This document shows, in pieces, positions 59,560 to 64,000 of a stretch of 64,000 nt of DNA (position 1 is the stretch's first letter; each line of letters opens with the position of its first letter). Made by a program: the position numbers and the translations under genes. Source of the DNA: an uncultured bacterium (GTDB lineage: Bacteria > Latescibacterota > UBA2968 > UBA8231); NCBI GenBank assembly GCA_964011675.1, contig CAXGPR010000008.1:1158-65157 (forward strand), read 5' to 3'. A model generated the notes under the pieces. It was not told the origin of the DNA. It saw nothing but the letters and a program-made list of their open reading frames with translations, and did no database searches.

Positions 59560-60921
59560 TCAGCCGATTGCTTCTACAACATGCCATAACTCAAGGGCTC
59601 GGGATGCCTTGACTAAGAGGATGTCATCGACAACCAAAGTAGATTTGAGTTTAGCTATGGCGGACTCTTTTTCGACAAAATGGGTCACGTGCTCCGCACC
59701 CGCGGCGCGTGCCCCATCTGCAATGTGCTGACCGAGCGCACCTGTGGTAAAAATTAAGTCTGCCACTTCCGCGGCTATTTGTCCCATCTCAACGTGTAGC
59801 TGCGGCCCAGATAGGCCCAGTTCAAGCATATCACCCAGCAGAACAACTTTCCGCTGTCCCTCCATCTCCGCAAGCATTTCCAAAGCGGCTCGCATTGATC
59901 CAGGATTCGCGTTATAGCTGTCGTTTATTACGGTAACTTGCCCCAGTCGAATGACTTCCGAACGCCTTGAAAAAGGCTGAAATTTCGAAAGTGCCGAACC
60001 TATTGCCTCGTCATCAACACCTAAGTGTTGTCCCAATGCAGCGGCGGCAAGCGCGTTATACGCATTGTGTTTACCGGGGATCTTGAGATCGATCTGAATT
60101 GTGTTATTTAGAAGGAAGTGGCCGCAGCCCTCCTGGTCTAAGACGAGTCCCTCCCCACGAAACTTGCTCTCGGACTGAAAACCGAAGGTCAGGAGTCTCC
60201 CCTTTGTCCTCTGAACCTCCTGACACACGACACGGTCATCAGCATTAATGAGAGCTGTCAAAGACTCATCCAGGTACTCCAGGAGCTCCCCTTTGGCCTT
60301 GGCCACCCCTTCAACAGAACCAAAATACTCGAGATGAGCAGTACCGATATTTAAAAGAACGCCCACAGTGGGCTGAGCGACCATGCACAAATAGTGTATA
60401 TCGCCCTCTTTTCGCGCCGCTAGCTCAAGCACCACCACCTCATGATGAGCATCAAGCCGTAGAAGCGTGTGCGGAACGCCAACCTCGTTGTTTTCGCTAT
60501 CTACTGTCTTTAGTACGTTATATCGCTGTTCTAATACAGTGGCAACCATCTCTTTGGTCGTGGTCTTGCCGGCAGAGCCCGTGATACCAACCACTGGTAT
60601 ATCAAATCGTGCGCGGTAGCCCGCGGCAATTTTCCCAAGCGCCACTAAGCCTGAGTCTACCGCAAGCAAAAGACCTTTAGACCAGTCGTAGCGAGCCAAT
60701 TCGGACCGTCCTACGACAGCGGCACAAGCGCCCTTGGACAAAGCGTCTTCCACATATGCATGACCATCAAAGTGCTCGCCCTTAAGAGCAATAAAAAGCT
60801 CTCCTTCGGCTACGCTTCGACTATCGGAAGAAACGCCCGACACATTAATAGGGCGATCTAAGATACCAACAAGTTCGGCTCCCGTCCACTGTAGAATTTC
60901 ATCTATTCCTACCCCACGCAT
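59560..60921 (-). CDS. murF: UDP-MurNAc-tripeptide--D-Ala-D-Ala ligase
   Basis: DSR, FDGH, GITGSAGKTTTKEM, NNEVGVP, DSYNANP.SM, LGDMLELG, KASR. Confidence 0.97.
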   Translation of the reverse strand: MRGVGIDEILQWTGAELVGILDRPINVSGVSSDSRSVAEGELFIALKGEHFDGHAYVEDALSKGACAAVVGRSELARYDWSKGLLLAVDSGLVALGKIAAGYRARFDIPVVGITGSAGKTTTKEMVATVLEQRYNVLKTVDSENNEVGVPHTLLRLDAHHEVVVLELAARKEGDIHYLCMVAQPTVGVLLNIGTAHLEYFGSVEGVAKAKGELLEYLDESLTALINADDRVVCQEVQRTKGRLLTFGFQSESKFRGEGLVLDQEGCGHFLLNNTIQIDLKIPGKHNAYNALAAAALGQHLGVDDEAIGSALSKFQPFSRRSEVIRLGQVTVINDSYNANPGSMRAALEMLAEMEGQRKVVLLGDMLELGLSGPQLHVEMGQIAAEVADLIFTTGALGQHIADGARAAGAEHVTHFVEKESAIAKLKSTLVVDDILLVKASRALELWHVVEAIG

Positions 60922-60940
60922 GGATACCTCTCTGCCGGTT

Positions 60941-62401
60941 TCAGTTAGCGCATTTCATCGCCTGTAAAACAGCGCGCGCGACCAACCGGTCATCAAAGGG
61001 GATTACCCGATCATTCAGTTCCTGCCCAACCTCGTGCCCTTTGCCGGCAATAACGACACAGTCTCCAAACGAGGCTCCATGCAAGGCAGACTCTATAGCT
61101 GAGGCCCTGTTTGTATCTGTTGCGCAAACTACATTAGCAGGCACCGCTTTGACAATATGTCCTATAATTGAATCGGGGTCTTCACTTCGCGGATTGTCAG
61201 ATGTGACCCACAATAGATCGGCCCATTTCCCCGCGACCAGCCCCATTTCTGGCCGCTTACCCCGATCGCGATCTCCACCACATCCAAACACGCATATGAG
61301 CTTCCCGTTTGTCAGTGATCTTGCAGTTTTTAACACGTTGTCTAACGCATCGGGTGTATGAGCATAGTCTACCAATACGGCAAATTCCTGCCCTTCATCC
61401 AGCAATTCAAACCGCCCAGGTACCGACTCAAAGGCCGCGACCTCCCCACTAAGCTTTTCCACCTCAATTCCCAGGGCATGGGCTGCGGCCATCGAAGCAA
61501 GAATGTTATAACAGTTGAATTGGCCCAACAAGGGCGTTCGCACTTCTAATTGCCCCACCGGAGTGTAAGCGTGAAGGACCATCCCCTGCGGGGTGGCATC
61601 TACTGATCGAACTTGCCAGTCAGCTTGGGCTTTCATACCGTACGTTATCACTTCCGCATCGGTTAGATCACCCCAGTCTTTTACGTGCGGATCATCCGCA
61701 TTCAGCACGGCAAAGGCATTTGATGGCAGATGGGTAAAGAGCGCGGCCTTCGCCTCGCGATACGCTGAAAGGTCCCCGTGAAAATCCAAGTGATCTCGCG
61801 TGAGATTTGTCCCAATGGCCACCTTAAAAGAGATTCCTCTAACTCGGTTTAGTGCCAGACCGTGGGATGAAACTTCCAGCGAGGCTGCACGCATCCCTTG
61901 CGCTACAAAATCTCGTAGGCAGGACTGTAACAAGTCTGCTTCTGGCGTTGTATTCGGTATTTTCTTCAAGCCCCCTTGAACCGTATAGCCTAGCGTTCCC
62001 AAATAACCGCATGGAATCCCACACCGGTCCAGTAACGCACGCGTTAAAAACGCGGTGGTCGTTTTTCCATTCGTCCCGGTAACACCTACGTTAATCAGTT
62101 CGTCAGCAGGAGCATCAAAAAAAGTGCGTGCGACCTGCGACAGAGCGATACGAGCGTCTGGAACTACGATGGAGGTCACTTCGCAAGCAACTTCTCTTTC
62201 CGATATAATGGCCACGGCACCGCGAGCGAGCGCGTCGTCTATGAATTGATGGCGATCCTGTATTTGCCCTCCAGTTAGGGCGACAAAGACAGATCCGGAT
62301 TCGACGAGACGTGAATCGCTGCAAACCTGGACGACCGGCTTATCAAGCGGTCCCTCAACCCGCGCATTAGGCATCGCTTCGACCAGTTTACTGAGCAGCA
62401 A
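60941..62401 (-). CDS. murE: UDP-MurNAc-dipeptide--meso-DAP ligase
   Basis: TGTNGKTT, TTP, EVSSH, NLTRDHLDFH, DYAHTPD, GCGGDRD, DNPR (DAP-type), GKGHE. Confidence 0.97.
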   Translation of the reverse strand: MLLSKLVEAMPNARVEGPLDKPVVQVCSDSRLVESGSVFVALTGGQIQDRHQFIDDALARGAVAIISEREVACEVTSIVVPDARIALSQVARTFFDAPADELINVGVTGTNGKTTTAFLTRALLDRCGIPCGYLGTLGYTVQGGLKKIPNTTPEADLLQSCLRDFVAQGMRAASLEVSSHGLALNRVRGISFKVAIGTNLTRDHLDFHGDLSAYREAKAALFTHLPSNAFAVLNADDPHVKDWGDLTDAEVITYGMKAQADWQVRSVDATPQGMVLHAYTPVGQLEVRTPLLGQFNCYNILASMAAAHALGIEVEKLSGEVAAFESVPGRFELLDEGQEFAVLVDYAHTPDALDNVLKTARSLTNGKLICVFGCGGDRDRGKRPEMGLVAGKWADLLWVTSDNPRSEDPDSIIGHIVKAVPANVVCATDTNRASAIESALHGASFGDCVVIAGKGHEVGQELNDRVIPFDDRLVARAVLQAMKCAN

Positions 62402-64000
62402 TCACAGACCTCTCGCGGGCAAATTACGACCCTGTTCGAGCACCTCAAGCAAGCGCATTTGGCGCCCCTCTAATGCTTTAACATCACTGAGATGGCTGAT
62501 ATCTTCTCCCATCCGACAGCGGATATCAACCCCCGTCAGCACCTCTTCTCCAGGCAGTGGCACCTGCCCGACCACGACCGAACCGTGCCCTTCAGCCCGA
62601 ACTTCGATGCCTCTTAACTGGGCGGTTAAATGGGCTGCGCTGCGCGTCATGCCCCGCAAGTCGGGAACTACCCTTGTTGACACAAGATGCTCGGCAATCG
62701 GACGATCGGCCAACAGCCCTCCCGGCAGATGAACAATGCGCTGCATCACGCGCTGGAAGGCTGGAGCAGCCACGCTTCCTCCCCAACGTTCTTTCCGAGG
62801 ATCGTCCACCACAATGACGCATACAAACTGCGGCTTCTCAACCGGAAGAAAGCCGGCAAATGAAACGATACTCGCATCGGGATCGTACCCCCGTCCGTCC
62901 GCAGCCGCCTTTTGCGCAGTCCCCGTCTTCCCGGCGACCGAAACGCCCGCAATCCGTGCACGGCTCCCAGTGCCACGATCGACAACTCCATGCAAAATTT
63001 TTCGCAGAGTAGCAGATGTCTTTTCACTGATAACACGGCGCAGAACGCGGGGAGCCCGCTCCTCTTCGAGACGACCATCACGATCGGCGTAGCCTTTTAC
63101 AACCTGTGGAACTAACAGCTTTCCCCCATTGGCGATGGCCGCATAGGCCTGGGCGAGCTGGAGCGCCGTCACGCTGATTTCTTGGCCTATGGAGATAGTC
63201 TCTTGAGATCGATCCGACCAACGGTCAACGCGCTGTAAAAGTCCACTGCTTTCTGCGGGCAACTCAACCCCGCTTCGCGTAGCGAACCCGAAGCTGCGGA
63301 TATACTGGTAAAAGCGTGCTCGGGGCAAACGCCGAGCAAACTTGATTACGCCAATATTGCTGGACTGTTCGATGACTTCAGCAAAATTCAGCTCCCCATG
63401 CGGGGTTATATCGCGTATGAGATCTCCATTGGAAAGTCTCAATAGGCCTTCTTCACAGTACACGCGCTCGCCGACTTCAGCTAGTCCATCTTCAAGTACG
63501 GCAGCCGCTGCAATAACCTTGAACGTGGATCCCGGCTCGTATGCGTCTGCGATCACCCGATTGCGACGCTGTACAGCCGTGGAACGACCCGAGTTATTTG
63601 GGTCGAATAGCGGCACGTTAGCCATCGCCAGGACCTCTCCCGTATTGGGTTCGAGGATCACACCCATGGCACTGGCCGCATCCGCTTCTTCCATACTTCG
63701 AGCGAGTTCCTCTTCTAAGGTGCTCTGATAGAGGGCATCGATAGTCAGGACGAGATTCCGCCCGTTTTCCGCGGCGGAGCGCTGCTGGATGCTGCCAGGA
63801 ACCTGCAGACCGCGCGCGTCGACATAAGCTAACTGAGCACCTTCCGTTTCGCGCAGCACGCCATCAAAAGCTCGCTCTATTCCTTCACGGCCTTCATTGT
63901 CAATATTTGTATGCCCAAGAAGCTGTCCGGCAAGAGATCCCAGCGGGTAAAACCGGCGCGTTGCACTGTGGCTATAAACACCGGTAAACGAATCTGCCTG
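62402..64000 (-). CDS. ftsI: Class B penicillin-binding protein FtsI/PBP3 with PASTA domain (5' end outside window)
   Basis: RRFYPLGSLAGQLLG (hand-read upstream of the ORF call), EPGSTFK (SxxK), SSN, KTGTAQ, C-terminal VPDLRGM PASTA-like segment. Confidence 0.95.
   Translation of the reverse strand, partial: QADSFTGVYSHSATRRFYPLGSLAGQLLGHTNIDNEGREGIERAFDGVLRETEGAQLAYVDARGLQVPGSIQQRSAAENGRNLVLTIDALYQSTLEEELARSMEEADAASAMGVILEPNTGEVLAMANVPLFDPNNSGRSTAVQRRNRVIADAYEPGSTFKVIAAAAVLEDGLAEVGERVYCEEGLLRLSNGDLIRDITPHGELNFAEVIEQSSNIGVIKFARRLPRARFYQYIRSFGFATRSGVELPAESSGLLQRVDRWSDRSQETISIGQEISVTALQLAQAYAAIANGGKLLVPQVVKGYADRDGRLEEERAPRVLRRVISEKTSATLRKILHGVVDRGTGSRARIAGVSVAGKTGTAQKAAADGRGYDPDASIVSFAGFLPVEKPQFVCVIVVDDPRKERWGGSVAAPAFQRVMQRIVHLPGGLLADRPIAEHLVSTRVVPDLRGMTRSAAHLTAQLRGIEVRAEGHGSVVVGQVPLPGEEVLTGVDIRCRMGEDISHLSDVKALEGRQMRLLEVLEQGRNLPARGL

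Noticed and set aside
1-64000. CRISPR arrays, tRNA/rRNA genes, IS elements, tandem repeats
   Set aside because: None recognised on reading either strand; the larger gaps are explained by pseudogenes, terminators or likely promoter regions.

Overview
Bacterial chromosomal segment of mid-range GC, with most genes on the minus strand. No rRNA, tRNA, CRISPR array, integrase or transposase was seen. The first ~52 kb is a patchwork of accessory catabolic and transport genes: Gfo/Idh/MocA oxidoreductases, a DHDPS-family lyase, cupins, PfkB and GHMP kinases, amidohydrolases, two enolase-superfamily enzymes, a sulfatase, three DegT-type aminotransferases, a sugar/polyol ABC transporter, SSS/MFS/MATE transporters and several large conserved-looking hypotheticals. 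This gene mix resembles Latescibacterota/Poribacteria-type heterotrophs (inference only). The last ~11 kb is a division/cell-wall (dcw) cluster, ftsI-murE-murF-ftsW-murC-ftsQ-ftsA-ftsZ, which lacks mraY, murD and murG and is followed by a Tpt1/KptA RNA 2'-phosphotransferase. The best candidate for an undescribed system is a translationally coupled pair: a MoxR-like AAA+ ATPase and a 612-aa partner that looks like a YehM/TraB-like domain fused to a degenerate vWA-like module. Hand translation revealed five decayed genes that the ORF track misses or splits: a cupin, an internally deleted trpB2, an oxidoreductase remnant, a BNR-repeat protein and a homopolymer-frameshifted membrane protein. All family calls rest on motif recognition by eye; no database searches were run.
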